NCBI GenBank assembly: GCA_964019425.1
Contig: OZ025805.1
Location: forward strand, 310,001-374,000
Origin: Flectonema sp. DT1601
Taxonomy: Eukaryota
Direction: 5' to 3'
Length of the DNA stretch: 64,000 bases
Every line of letters starts with the position of its first letter. Position 1 is the first letter of the stretch. Shown here piece by piece: positions 24,622 through 35,646 of the stretch. The position numbers and the translations under genes were made by a program. The notes beneath the pieces were generated by a model. The model saw only the letters and a program-made list of their open reading frames with translations, was not told where the DNA came from and did no database searches.

Positions 24622-25521
24622 ATGTTATCAAGTATCGCAGACCACGCCGACCCGATGGAATTGAACATCACTAACGAGTTCGATGCAATTGATCCACCAG
24701 ATGACTTGGTGTGTTCTGTTTGTGCGAATCTAATGACTGACGCTGTACAGACACCATGTGAACATTACTTTTGCAGAAGATGTATTATGCAAGCTTTTAA
24801 AGTCACACCATCATGTCCCATATGCAGGAAGAAAGGAACCAGAGTAGTAGAAGCATCTCGTATAGTCAATAGTTTAATTAGTAAACAGAAAATAAGATGT
24901 TCGCAGCCAGACTGTCAAGCTGTAATGTTCAAAGATCAGTGGGCGAGTCACTTGAATGAGTGTAAACACATGCCTGATTTATGTCCTAATTATAAATATG
25001 GATGTTTGCAGAGATTGTCAAAAATTCAAATGAAATTGCACATAGAGAATTGTTCAAAGAAACCTGTTTTATTGCCCTTTGGTGTTCTTAACACTTGTGT
25101 CGATAACAAAAGGGCGAATCAACACGTTGACGTTATAGATTTACCCCTTCCAACTACTCAATTACTGTCTCATAGAAATTGCTTAACATTTGATATTAAA
25201 GGTGACAGTATATGCATTCTCCGACCAGGAATCGTTTCAATAGCGTTGGCTGTGGCTGCTCGTGTTGGAGAGGGTTGGCAAACTTGTCATGAGCGTGAAC
25301 ATGGAGTTGGAATTCAAATAAATAATCATTTAGTGTCGTATGCGCTTTTTCCTCGAAGGTCTCAAAAAGGTGATTGCGTAAGTGCGACTCTTACCCATCA
25401 TGCTGAGGTAAAAGAATCAGATGTTATTACATTTAGAGTTGGGATGGCTTCAAAAAAGATTCTCGATGATTTACAGGCTAACGATATCTCAATAAGATGG
25501 GACTCTCTAGATGTAAATTAG
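24622..25521 (+). CDS. RING-HC plus TRAF-type zinc-finger protein (putative E3 ubiquitin ligase)
   Basis: C3HC4 RING (CSVC..CEHYFC..C..CPIC) followed by TRAF-like fingers (CSQPDC..HLNEC; CPNYKYGC..HIENC) and a beta-rich C-terminal domain. Confidence 0.88.
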   Translation: MLSSIADHADPMELNITNEFDAIDPPDDLVCSVCANLMTDAVQTPCEHYFCRRCIMQAFKVTPSCPICRKKGTRVVEASRIVNSLISKQKIRCSQPDCQAVMFKDQWASHLNECKHMPDLCPNYKYGCLQRLSKIQMKLHIENCSKKPVLLPFGVLNTCVDNKRANQHVDVIDLPLPTTQLLSHRNCLTFDIKGDSICILRPGIVSIALAVAARVGEGWQTCHEREHGVGIQINNHLVSYALFPRRSQKGDCVSATLTHHAEVKESDVITFRVGMASKKILDDLQANDISIRWDSLDVN

Positions 25522-27100
25522 AAGTAATTTTTTTTTTTTTTTTTTTACTGAATGGTTTGTTACTTTTTTTATGGTTTTGTTTATTTATTTATATTTATAT
25601 TTTTTTTTTTTTTTTTTTGGGGGGGGAAATAAATAAGGAGAAGTACATGTATCCTCGTCAGTCGCCCCTCCACAATTTTTTTTTTTTTTATAACTCCGTG
25701 AACTGCAATCGGAAAAGGTGGAAAGCTGACCGTGTTTAAGATGCCTCGTCGGCCCTAAGCTATTCTAACTTACGTTGTTGCTGCCTCGTAACTCTATGGC
25801 GTCAATCTGATGCTCTGTAGTTTTGCTGTACACATGGACATCTTGTGAACCTTTTTTTAGTCACATTTGAACTTATCACTTTTTTTTTTTTTGTTGTCGG
25901 TCTTCGTTTTTTTTCTTTCTTTTTTTTTTCCTGGCCCATATAGTTTTTTTTTTTAGATGTTTTTTTTTTTTTTTTGGGAAGAATAACACACACCTCTGTG
26001 GAGGGAGGTGGGGTGTTGTATATGAGCCCTCTATAGAGAACAGTGCTACTCCTCTTATCTCATATTTGCTGAGGATATTGTCTAATTTTGAGTTATGAAA
26101 AAAATATATTTTTTTAAAATATTTGATTTATTTTGTAGGCGAGTTCACTCTGCTTACCAGTGGTCAAAGAGAATAGACGACACAGCCGAGTATGAGATTT
26201 TTAAAAAAAAAAAAAAAAAAAAAAAGAATTGGCTTTTATCTTAAAAACTATACAGAAAATATAATAATATAACAACTGTGTGATGTTTTCTGTTTGTGTC
26301 ACGAAGCTAGAGGAGGTTTACGTGTGTGCTGCCAACCATTCTTTATCGTTCTTACAAAAAAAAAAAAAAAAAAAAAAAATCCTTTTCTAGCGCTCCACTT
26401 GGAAATTGATTTTGAGTTCAGCCTTTCGAAAAAACCTCTTTTAAGACAGCAGAGAAGGTTATTTAATAGTTGGTACTCTTTTTTTAGTTATGAACACATT
26501 ATTTCTTAAAGCACCTCGTAGACGTGTCTATTCTCGTAGCTCTAGGGAGTTAACCCGATGCTCCCTAGTTTGCTGTATCAGCGATGCACAGTACGCAATG
26601 TATTGGACTTCCTTATCTATCTATCTATTCATATTCTATTACCCTTTGATGTTAGGAAACTGCAGAAATGAATACTTTTCTTTTATTGATCTCTACTTTT
26701 CTTATTCTCACTTTTCTGTTCTAAAATTAATGATATTAACTTGACTGACAACCGTACTGATCTATTTTGTTCTACAATAAAAAAAAACAACATTTGCTGT
26801 GCTAACAGTTTTTTTTTTTTTTTTAAAGTTTAGAAAAACACCCTTCTTGTATTTGGGATTCTCTTTTTGAAAAAACCTTCGATAATATTGCCATTCTTTA
26901 TAACTTTTTTTTTTTTGTAGGGATGGCGATTTTTTTCGCAAACTATTTTGAATTAGAGGTTTTTTTCCCCAAAAATAAAATAGCATTTGTAAAAGTATTG
27001 GGGACCCTCAGAAGAGCCACCCGGTACTCTTTGAGTGTCTACCTAACCGATACTCGGTGGTCTGATGGACTTGATAACTAACTAAAAGTTGGTAAGTTGG

Positions 27101-27245
27101 TTATTAATTAACTGGAATGAAGTCCCTTAGAACTTACTGATGAAGGCCTAAGAGGGACAAGTAGTATAAGATTAAGGCTCCTGAAAACTACGTATTCCAC
27201 AAGTGTATTATGGAACAGCGGAACAATTGTGTTTTTATAATTTTT
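27101..27245 (+). repeat. About 145-bp dispersed structured repeat containing CTGATGA
   Basis: Near-identical copies at about 53654-53800 and 57412-57560. Confidence 0.8.
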
Positions 27246-28269
27246 CTTTTTTATATTTTATTTTAGTGCACTTTTTTATAATAAACTCATATTCTAACTA
27301 ACTAAAAGTTAGTAATATGATAATATTGCATTCTTTTTTTTTAATTTTTTTTTTAAAAAAAATCTCTTTTTTAAAAAAAATACACAAACAATAAATAAAT
27401 AAATATTTCAAATCTTCCTGTGGTGGATACACTTTCTCATTTTGTAATACCAAAAAAAAAAAAAATTAAAATAAAAATAAAAATAAAAATGAGATTATGT
27501 AAGGCACAAATAAGACGAAAACAAAACAAAAAAACAAAAAATTATAGGGAAGAAATAATTCTTTATGTATGTGAGGGATGGTTTATAAGGTGGATTTGAT
27601 AAATTTAGGGCATTTCATTGTCGTCGTCGTCGTCGTTGTTGTTGTTACTCAACCTTCGTGATTTTTATTATTCATTATTATTATTATTTTTTTATTTTAT
27701 TTTATTTTTATTTTTATTTCAAAACCATCGTCGCTATTATCTTTACCTGTACAATACAATTTTTTTTTTTAAAATAACTCCTTCACTTTTTTTTTTTTTG
27801 TAGTTTTGGTTTTTTGTTATTATTATTATTATTATTTTTTTGTTATCAATCGATTGCTTTTTAGTACATAAAAATCTTAATTTATTTAAACAGGGTTATC
27901 TTCATACTTTGCAATTAGAATGTGAATTGTTCTCAGGAATAAGAGTGAGATTTCGAAGCGCGCCTGCGTAAAAAAAGCAAAAAAAAAACGTATTTTGGTG
28001 TGTGTTTCGTAAAGAGTTTTTTTGATTTCCGACTAACAGCGCCAAGCCCTATTGCAAGTGGTTCTTTAACCCTCCCATTATACTTCACCCCCCTCAGGGA
28101 TTGCGCATCACCCTTAGTCACTGTATTTAAAACTAATGTAAATTATCTTTATGTTGTTTATGATACAACACAGTTGTAATTTTTACAAAATCGAACATAC
28201 ATCCCCTCTCAGGAATTACCAATAAACAATTTCTAAACAAACCTTTTCTTTTGATTAACAACTACAATA

Positions 28270-28304
<35 letters not shown>

Positions 28305-28354
28305 CCAGTCAAAGTACTTTTTTTTTCCCAGAAAAAAAAAAAAAAAAAAAAAAA

Positions 28355-30232
28355 ATGGAAGAAGAAGACAAGCCCCTTTCCCTTCATGGAAATAGTACGT
28401 ACAGTCCTGAAGTACAAAAGATGTTAAGAGGTTGGAAGGACACAGTTTTTGGTCCTGGTCACAATGAAGTGTTGAAAGATTTCACTCCACCTGAAGACGA
28501 TCGAAAAGAAGTAACATGGAAATACCTTCATGAGAATTACAAGTATGAAAAACCAGCTCACGGATATAAATTGGTAGGTGACATAACTCAGAGAGATAAG
28601 AATAATTGGGAATACCACAAACACGTTAAACTGAGAGATAGAGACGGAACCGAACATGCGGTTTTTTTCTACGTCGACAATCCAAACAAATGGAACTACG
28701 AAGACATGGAGGTCGGAGGACTAATGGTAATTAACAGCCCTAGACTACATAGGTTTATGGATGGACAAGATGGAATGCGTCTCGATGAAGAACGAATGGT
28801 TCAAAGAGTAATAAAACAACCACTCACGGATACAAAGCGATTGGACTATTCAAACCTCATGCGTGAAAATGGAAATCGAAAATTTAAAGAAGAAAAATTC
28901 GAAGATGCTATCGAATACTACGAATCAAGCGTTTCGTACGTCCAAGGGTCATCTTTCGTAGATGGTGAACCAGATTTAAAAAACCAAGCTCTCGAACGTG
29001 AGTTAAAATGCAACATAAACATCGCATCCGCCACTTACAAATTAAAGAATTACAGCTCTTCAATTACTCACTGTCACAAGGCATTGGCTCTTAATCCGAA
29101 TTCCGCTATGGCATACTACCGTATGGGTCTTGCACATGCTGGTCGTGGAGAAGATAAAAGCGCTGTTACGAATTACAAAAAAGCGATTGAATTGTCTCCC
29201 CAAGACCCAAGCGTTTCAGTTCAAACAATTAAAAAAGAATTGGGCAAGAGTTCCACCGAAACCACGTCTCAACAAAAATCAATGAAAAATTTATTTTCAG
29301 GATTCCTAAACACGAGTAAATTCGGAGTCAAGAAAGCATCAGCGGCTCTAAGTGGAGGAAAGCTTCCTTCATTCCAGACCATAATTAACCACAGAGATTT
29401 AATAGGTGGGATTTCATACAGTATGGGTAAGCCTGTCAAGGGATCTAAATGGACAATATTCAGGTCTGGGACTGCAGCTGGTTGCTCTACAGCAGATCGA
29501 AAACTTCTTATCAAAGATTACGGAATAAAAACAATCATCGATTTGAGAACTACAGCTGAACGTGAAACAGCAGTACATGATCAAAAGGATTTTCCTTTGG
29601 TTATAAAAGCAGAGGAAATCGAGGGTAAGATAGTCGAATCGATTCCACTAAGCAACTGCACTGAACAAATCGTCCTACTCAACGTTGACTTGGTTGATAA
29701 ACTGAATGAGGAATCTCTGAGTATGACTGAAAATATTTGGGTAGCATTTTACAGCATGATCTATCAAAAAGAAACTGCTTTATCACTTCAATATGCCAGG
29801 TATGAAAACAAAACACCTGGGGCAATGCTTAGGGATATACTTGATGAACGTGGTGTTGAATTGACATACGTGTTGAGGATACTTTCTGATCCATCTAATC
29901 ACCCAGTTCTTATTAGTGACAGTCATGGTAAGGATGCTGTAGCGGTATTATCTGTTTTGATTCTTGGATGTCTTGGGGTGACTGATGATGATATTTTGGA
30001 AGATTTCATGAAATCACAATCATCCATTCCTGATAACCATCGAAAGAAGTTAGCAACTCATTGGGCTTCTCTCAACCTCTCTCCAACATTCGCTTATATC
30101 GACGTCGATGACGGCACGGATCTCATTGACTTCATCAACGGTCGATACGATGGGATTCCTGCCTACCTCTCATACATGGGTTTTGGTGAAGAAGAACAAG
30201 TTAAATTGAGGAGAGCTTGCATTAAAGATTGA
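28355..30232 (+). CDS. TPR-repeat protein fused to a tyrosine-phosphatase-like domain (Y_phosphatase3 type) with a degenerate P-loop
   Basis: TPR helices (GNRKFKEEKFEDAIEYY; ALALNPNSAMAYYRMGLAH). The C-domain has NHRDL.GG, IFRSG, GIKTIIDLRT and PVLISDSHGKDAV in place of PVLxHCxxGKDRT. Confidence 0.85.
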   Translation: MEEEDKPLSLHGNSTYSPEVQKMLRGWKDTVFGPGHNEVLKDFTPPEDDRKEVTWKYLHENYKYEKPAHGYKLVGDITQRDKNNWEYHKHVKLRDRDGTEHAVFFYVDNPNKWNYEDMEVGGLMVINSPRLHRFMDGQDGMRLDEERMVQRVIKQPLTDTKRLDYSNLMRENGNRKFKEEKFEDAIEYYESSVSYVQGSSFVDGEPDLKNQALERELKCNINIASATYKLKNYSSSITHCHKALALNPNSAMAYYRMGLAHAGRGEDKSAVTNYKKAIELSPQDPSVSVQTIKKELGKSSTETTSQQKSMKNLFSGFLNTSKFGVKKASAALSGGKLPSFQTIINHRDLIGGISYSMGKPVKGSKWTIFRSGTAAGCSTADRKLLIKDYGIKTIIDLRTTAERETAVHDQKDFPLVIKAEEIEGKIVESIPLSNCTEQIVLLNVDLVDKLNEESLSMTENIWVAFYSMIYQKETALSLQYARYENKTPGAMLRDILDERGVELTYVLRILSDPSNHPVLISDSHGKDAVAVLSVLILGCLGVTDDDILEDFMKSQSSIPDNHRKKLATHWASLNLSPTFAYIDVDDGTDLIDFINGRYDGIPAYLSYMGFGEEEQVKLRRACIKD

Positions 30233-30237
30233 TTATA

Positions 30238-30277
<40 letters not shown>

Positions 30278-30432
30278 CCCTTTCCTCTCTCACTGACACA
30301 CCTTCCTCAGATGTGTTCTTATCACAACTACACAAGGTTGCTATAATTGAAGGAAGCCCATTTGTGAATGTAGTACAGTTTAAAGGCTTTTTGAAGAGAC
30401 CTTGTTAAATTACAATATTACCATACATTGAG

Positions 30433-30473
<41 letters not shown>

Positions 30474-31364
30474 TTGTAAGATACGCGCAGGTTTAAAAGT
30501 TATATTACGTTTACGTAAACAAATTAGGTATAAAAGAAAGTTAAAATAATTAACTATTGATTTTTAATGAAAAAATCAGATAGCCTGATTTTGCATCTAA
30601 AACACCGTCATTTTATTTTTTACGATGGGAGGCTTCGAAGGGAAAATTTCCACCCCGGCGGTCTACGGGCTCTTCTGCCACAGGCAAGGGTCGCTCTAAT
30701 TTCTTGCCCCGATAATGAGTCCCTGGTAAAGAATTGTTTGCACATTCAACTGATATTGGTTATGGTAGTCCTGTGGACCAGGGGAGGTAAGATCTTGACG
30801 GTATTACAAGACGGTGTACAAACATTCGCGTTGCTGTATGAGCAACTCAAGTAGGTTAATAAGTACTCCACCTTCGGGGGCCGCCTTCCTGGTCTCCTTC
30901 AGACGTGTGGTAGTTGCAAAAACGTCTTCGCTCTTGTGAAAAAAGCGCTCCGAACATCTACCCGGGGATTTGATTTCTGGCGGATGCAATTTTTGGGATT
31001 CAAGTGGAAAACTTTGGGAGGAAAAAAAAAGCATCTCCAAAAAAGAAAAAAGCCTGAGCGTGCTGCCAGGCATGATAATGTTACATTATTTCACACTCGC
31101 AACGTAACCAAAATGCGTGCAATAAAATTCGTTAAAAAAAACTTCACGCTCAGCCCGGGAGTGAAATACTGTAATTTCTGATTTTCACTGCAAGTGTAAA
31201 TTTTCCCTAAGAAGCTAGATAGAGCAAAATAAAAAAAATAATAAAGAATGGGGGGAAAAGAAAAAAAAAAAAAAAAAAAAAGAATTAAATAGTCAGTCAC
31301 TCACCATCTTTTCTTTTCAACACACGCGAGAGTTAATGTTAAAAAAAAAAAAAGTAAAAAAGTC

Positions 31365-31984
31365 AAAAAAATGCTCCACAAGGCCGTGACCGTGGTATAC
31401 GTTTCTCCAAACTTTTGGTTGGAAATGTAAGTTTTCCCTTAATAAAAAGTTCATTGTGACGATAACAACCCCATTTTTATTTTCCTTTTTAAAACTTTCT
31501 TAATATTTTATTGCATGCATTTACTCCAGATCGAAGTTATTATTATTTTTAAAACAGCGACGCGGATGTAAATTATTTGAGACAGAGGCTATCTGGAGTT
31601 CTACATTTTATATTTTACTCTAACTTCTGACTTCTTAAGGAAAATAAATACATGAAGTAGAAATGTAAGGAAGTACAGTATTGATGTATGTGTTTGAACT
31701 GTTCAATAATCAGAAAGACTCACAAGCAGCGATTCGTACTCCTGTTTTTCGTTTGAAATCAATGAATAATGTAAACCTTGTGCTGAATGAGTCACATCCT
31801 TGTAGTGTTCACTTTTATTCATTCAGGTCACTGAAACAGATGAATCCTTTAGTAAAACAGTATTCATACCCCTTTGAGGGAATGTAATTACATGTCGCAT
31901 CCTCGTAGTATTCGATACCCAGATGTCACTTGTACGAGTTCTTTCTAACAGAACCTTTCCCACCTCACAGCAAATTATTTAAAA
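31365..31984 (+). promoter_or_regulatory. Conserved about 600-bp upstream block of the UBL-LRR genes, ending in a pyrimidine-rich ..cacctcacAG acceptor-like site (31970)
   Basis: Near-identical before copies 1, 2, 3, 4 and 6, partial before copies 7 and 8, absent before copy 5. A role as trans-splice acceptor is inference. Confidence 0.45.
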
Positions 31985-33451
31985 ATGACAATGCAAGTTT
32001 TCGTGACGTGTCCTGATTGGGGACTCCCCGCAGTGACAGTGACGGCTGGTGCTGATTCGGTTGTGAGCGACGTGTTGACGGCGGCGGCTGAGGAATGGGA
32101 TGTGGATCCGGATGAAGTTGAACTCTCGTTTGCTGGTGATACCCTTTGCGAAACTGATCGGCTGGCAGATCATGGAGTGGTTGCAAACAGCGAGTTGGAA
32201 ATGTGGAAGAAGCAGTTTAGGATATTCGGTAAAAGCTGGTTTGTTGATGATGCAAAACGGGAGAAGCTGCTTCTTTGGATGAGTGACCACATTACGGAGT
32301 ATTTATGTCTGGACACTCCGACATTCACAGAAGATGGTTGCCTCACTGTTGACAGTAGGCTGCTTCCTTCAAATGCCAAACAGATTGCTTTCCGCAATTC
32401 AAATTCCAACAACACAAACATCTCACTAGTTACTACTATCGGAGATAAGTTCTTGTTTCGTTGTTCACAAATTACTTCTCTTGACCTTTCAGGTCTTACT
32501 AGTGTCACCACTATTGGCGATCATTTCTTGCCTTTCTGCGACCAAATCACTTCTCTTGACCTTTCAAGTATCAGTAGTGTCACCACTATTGGGAATTTTT
32601 TTTTAAATTCCTGTAAACAAATCACTTCTCTTGACCTTTCAGGTCTTGGTAGTGTCACCACTATTGGTGATAGTTTCTTGTCTAACTGTTCACAAATTAC
32701 TATTCTTGACCTTTCAAGTCTTGGTAGTGTCACCACTATTGGTGATTATTTCTTGTCTAACTGTTCACAAATTACTTCTCTTGACCTTTCAGATCTAAGT
32801 AGTGTCACTTTTATTGGGAATGATTTCTTATATTCCTGTGACCAAATCACGTCTCTTGACCTTTCAGGTCTTAGTGGTGTCACCACTATTGGTGATCGTT
32901 TCTTATATTTCTGTGAACAAATCACTTCTCTTGATCTTGCAGGTCTTAGTCGTGTCACTACTATTGGTGATAATTTCTTGTCTTGCTGTAAACAAATCAC
33001 TTCTCTTGACCTTTCTGGTCTTGGTAGTGTCACCACTATTGGGAATTTTTTTTTACATTCCTGTAAACAAATCACTTCTCTTGACCTTTCAGGTTTTGGT
33101 AGTGTCATCACTATTGGGAATTATTTCTTGTCCAACTGTTCACAAATTACTATTCTTGACCTTTCAAGTCTCAGTAGTGTCACCACTATTGGTGATTATT
33201 TCTTGTTAAACTGTTCACAAATTACTACTCTTGACCTTTCATGTCTTAGTAGTATCACCAATATTGGTGATAGTTTCTTATATTTCTGTAAACAAATCAC
33301 TTCTCTTGACCTTTCAGGTCTTAGTAGTGTCACCACTATTGGTGATCACTTTCTCAGTGAATGCGACTCTCTTGAATCTGTCCAGCTTCCTGAAAGTAAT
33401 AGCGCTCTCTTTGAGGAGTCTGTGAAAGCAGCGATTGATCATTCAGGATAA
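31985..33451 (+). CDS. Ubiquitin-like + BspA-type LRR protein, copy 1 (13 repeats)
   Basis: N-terminal MQVFV..LSFAG..L...LADHGV ubiquitin-like pattern, followed by 25-aa repeats ITSLDLSGLSSVTTIGxxFLxxCxQ. Confidence 0.88.
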   Translation: MTMQVFVTCPDWGLPAVTVTAGADSVVSDVLTAAAEEWDVDPDEVELSFAGDTLCETDRLADHGVVANSELEMWKKQFRIFGKSWFVDDAKREKLLLWMSDHITEYLCLDTPTFTEDGCLTVDSRLLPSNAKQIAFRNSNSNNTNISLVTTIGDKFLFRCSQITSLDLSGLTSVTTIGDHFLPFCDQITSLDLSSISSVTTIGNFFLNSCKQITSLDLSGLGSVTTIGDSFLSNCSQITILDLSSLGSVTTIGDYFLSNCSQITSLDLSDLSSVTFIGNDFLYSCDQITSLDLSGLSGVTTIGDRFLYFCEQITSLDLAGLSRVTTIGDNFLSCCKQITSLDLSGLGSVTTIGNFFLHSCKQITSLDLSGFGSVITIGNYFLSNCSQITILDLSSLSSVTTIGDYFLLNCSQITTLDLSCLSSITNIGDSFLYFCKQITSLDLSGLSSVTTIGDHFLSECDSLESVQLPESNSALFEESVKAAIDHSG

Positions 33452-33739
33452 AGTGGTGAATTAAATTTTAAAGTTTTGTTTTTTGTTATATTTATTTCTG
33501 CGGAAAGAAACAATTGAAAAGTTAAACGAAAAAAATTATACTTTTGTGAACTTGTGAAACTGAAATCGTGGAAAGGACAACAATAACAGATAGTCATTTT
33601 ATAAAGTAGTTTGGAGAGTTTTATATTAAACACAACAAGCACACGAATGTGACACTTCTTTGTGTCCCCATATCTCATTCGATTAAATTACTATTCGAGA
33701 CATGGTATCTACTTTTATCTTCCTTCTCTTTCTTTTTTT

Positions 33740-33848
33740 TGCATTTAACAAGTATTGTAAGAACAAAAAAGAATGTTGGCAGCACATGTAAACCTTCTTT
33801 AGCTTTATCAGTTTAAGTCGGTTCACGGTTTCGTGCACAAACAAAAAA
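33740..33848 (+). repeat. About 110-bp dispersed repeat (GCATTTAACAAGTATTGTAAGAAC...CACGGTTTCGTG)
   Basis: Related copies at about 1567-1680, 4200-4295 and 61770-61872. Confidence 0.75.
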
Positions 33849-34272
33849 TCACAGTGTTATATCATTATTTTCTGTATAGTTGAAGATACAGCCAATTCTT
33901 TTTTTTTTTTTAATTATTTTTTCCTGACATAAAAGATTTCCTTGCTCGGGAAGTCAAAAATGAAGGTTGTGCGAGTTTTCCTTTCTTCGGAGTGTTTTTG
34001 TGAGGAAGAAACTAGTCGCGCAGATCGAAAGGAAGACAAGTTTCTCACTTCTGCGCTCTGATGTGAAGAACCATGTTATGGAAGTTATTGATATTTCATA
34101 TAAAACTACCGACTTAAATATTGTTAGAGACGACCTTTCTATAGTAGATGCACTGATCAATCCTGACTGGTCAGAATCAAAGCTTTCTAAATTTCTTTCT
34201 CGGTTAAGTCTCCTCCTGCGGTGAAATCCCCTTGGGGTAGATGAAGAACATTTCTTGCCTTTAGTGTAATTG

Positions 34273-34428
34273 TTTTATTTTATTTTATTTTATTTTATTT
34301 TATTTTATTTTATTTTATTTTATTTTATTTTATTTTATTTTATTTTATTTTATTTTATTTTATTTTATTTTATTTTATTTTATTTTATTTTATTTTATTT
34401 TATTTTATTTTATTTTATTTTATTTTAT
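34273..34428. repeat. (TTTTA)n microsatellite
   Basis: About 30 perfect pentamers; only about 5 units at the paralogous site near 41410. Confidence 0.97.
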
Positions 34429-35646
34429 TAGTATCATTTCTCTTTCTTATCATTATTTTATTTTTTATTTTCTGATCTAATGTGGCGTGTTCTCCCTCTA
34501 TCGATTTTTCCCTTTTTTAGACTCTGCTCCCACTCCTCTTCCTCCAACTACTACTTTAAAACATAACCCCTTACGGAAGTAATCTGCACCCCTTCATAGT
34601 GTAGATATTTCTTTTGTTGGATACAATTCTGGTGTTTGTCTTTGCCTTCAATCTTAACATATACTTCTTTCTCAGGTGCATATAAGTGATGGAAAGTGAA
34701 TTACTCATTTCCTCCTCATTTCAGGACACAGACAACATGCAGACTTGCTAAGTTAGAATCTGCAAATTAACTTCCCGACCCCCGTAATCCCAATGGTCTT
34801 GTTCTGTGATTGTATGTTTTAATTTGTTTTCTTTCTTTTAGTTTTAATTTTTTCAGATATGCACAACTCACAATTAAATTATGCATCACTATCAAAAGTA
34901 TCACTATCAGAAAAAAGAATGGGAAAAAAGAAAAAAAAAAAGAGAGAACTAAATAGTCAGTCACTCACCATCTTTTCTTTTCAACACACGCGAGAGTTAA
35001 TATTTGAAAAAGTAAAAGTCAAAAAAATGCTCCACAAGGCCGTGACCGTGGTATACGTTTCTCCAAACTTTTGGTTGGAATTGTAAGTTTTCCCTTAATA
35101 AAAAGTTCATTGTGACGATAACAACCCCATTTTTATTTTCCTTTTTAATACTTTCTTAATATTTTATTGCATGCATTTACTCCAGATCGAAGTTATTATT
35201 ATTTTTAAAACAGCGACGCGGATGTAAATTATTTGAGACAGAGGCTATCTGGAGTTCTACATTTTATATTTTACTCTAACTTCTGACTTCTTAAGGAAAA
35301 TAAATACATGAAGTAGAAATGTAAGGAAGTACAGTATTGATGTATGTGTTTGAACTGTTCAATAATCAGAAAGACTCACAAGCAGCGATTCGTACTCCTG
35401 TTTTTCGTTTGAAATCAATGAATAATGTAAACCTTGTGCTGAATGAGTCACATCCTTGTAGTGTTCACTTTTATTCATTCAGGTCACTGAAATAGATGAA
35501 TCCTTTAGTAAAACAGTATTCATACCCCTTTGAGGGAATGTAATTACATGTCGCATCCTCGTAGTATTCGATACCCAGATGTCACTTGTACAAGTTCTTT
35601 CTAACAGAACCTTTCCCACCTCACAGCAAATTATTTAAAAAAGACA

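Noticed and set aside
27077..27100. AACTAACTAAAAGTT resembling the start of a spliced-leader exon
   Set aside because: The conserved remainder of the SL exon (CAGTTTCTGTACT..TTG/GT) is absent.
33967..34224. 85-aa ORF repeated at 41104-41358
   Set aside because: Part of a duplicated 3' flank, with no ATG start and differing 5' ends; there is no independent evidence of coding.
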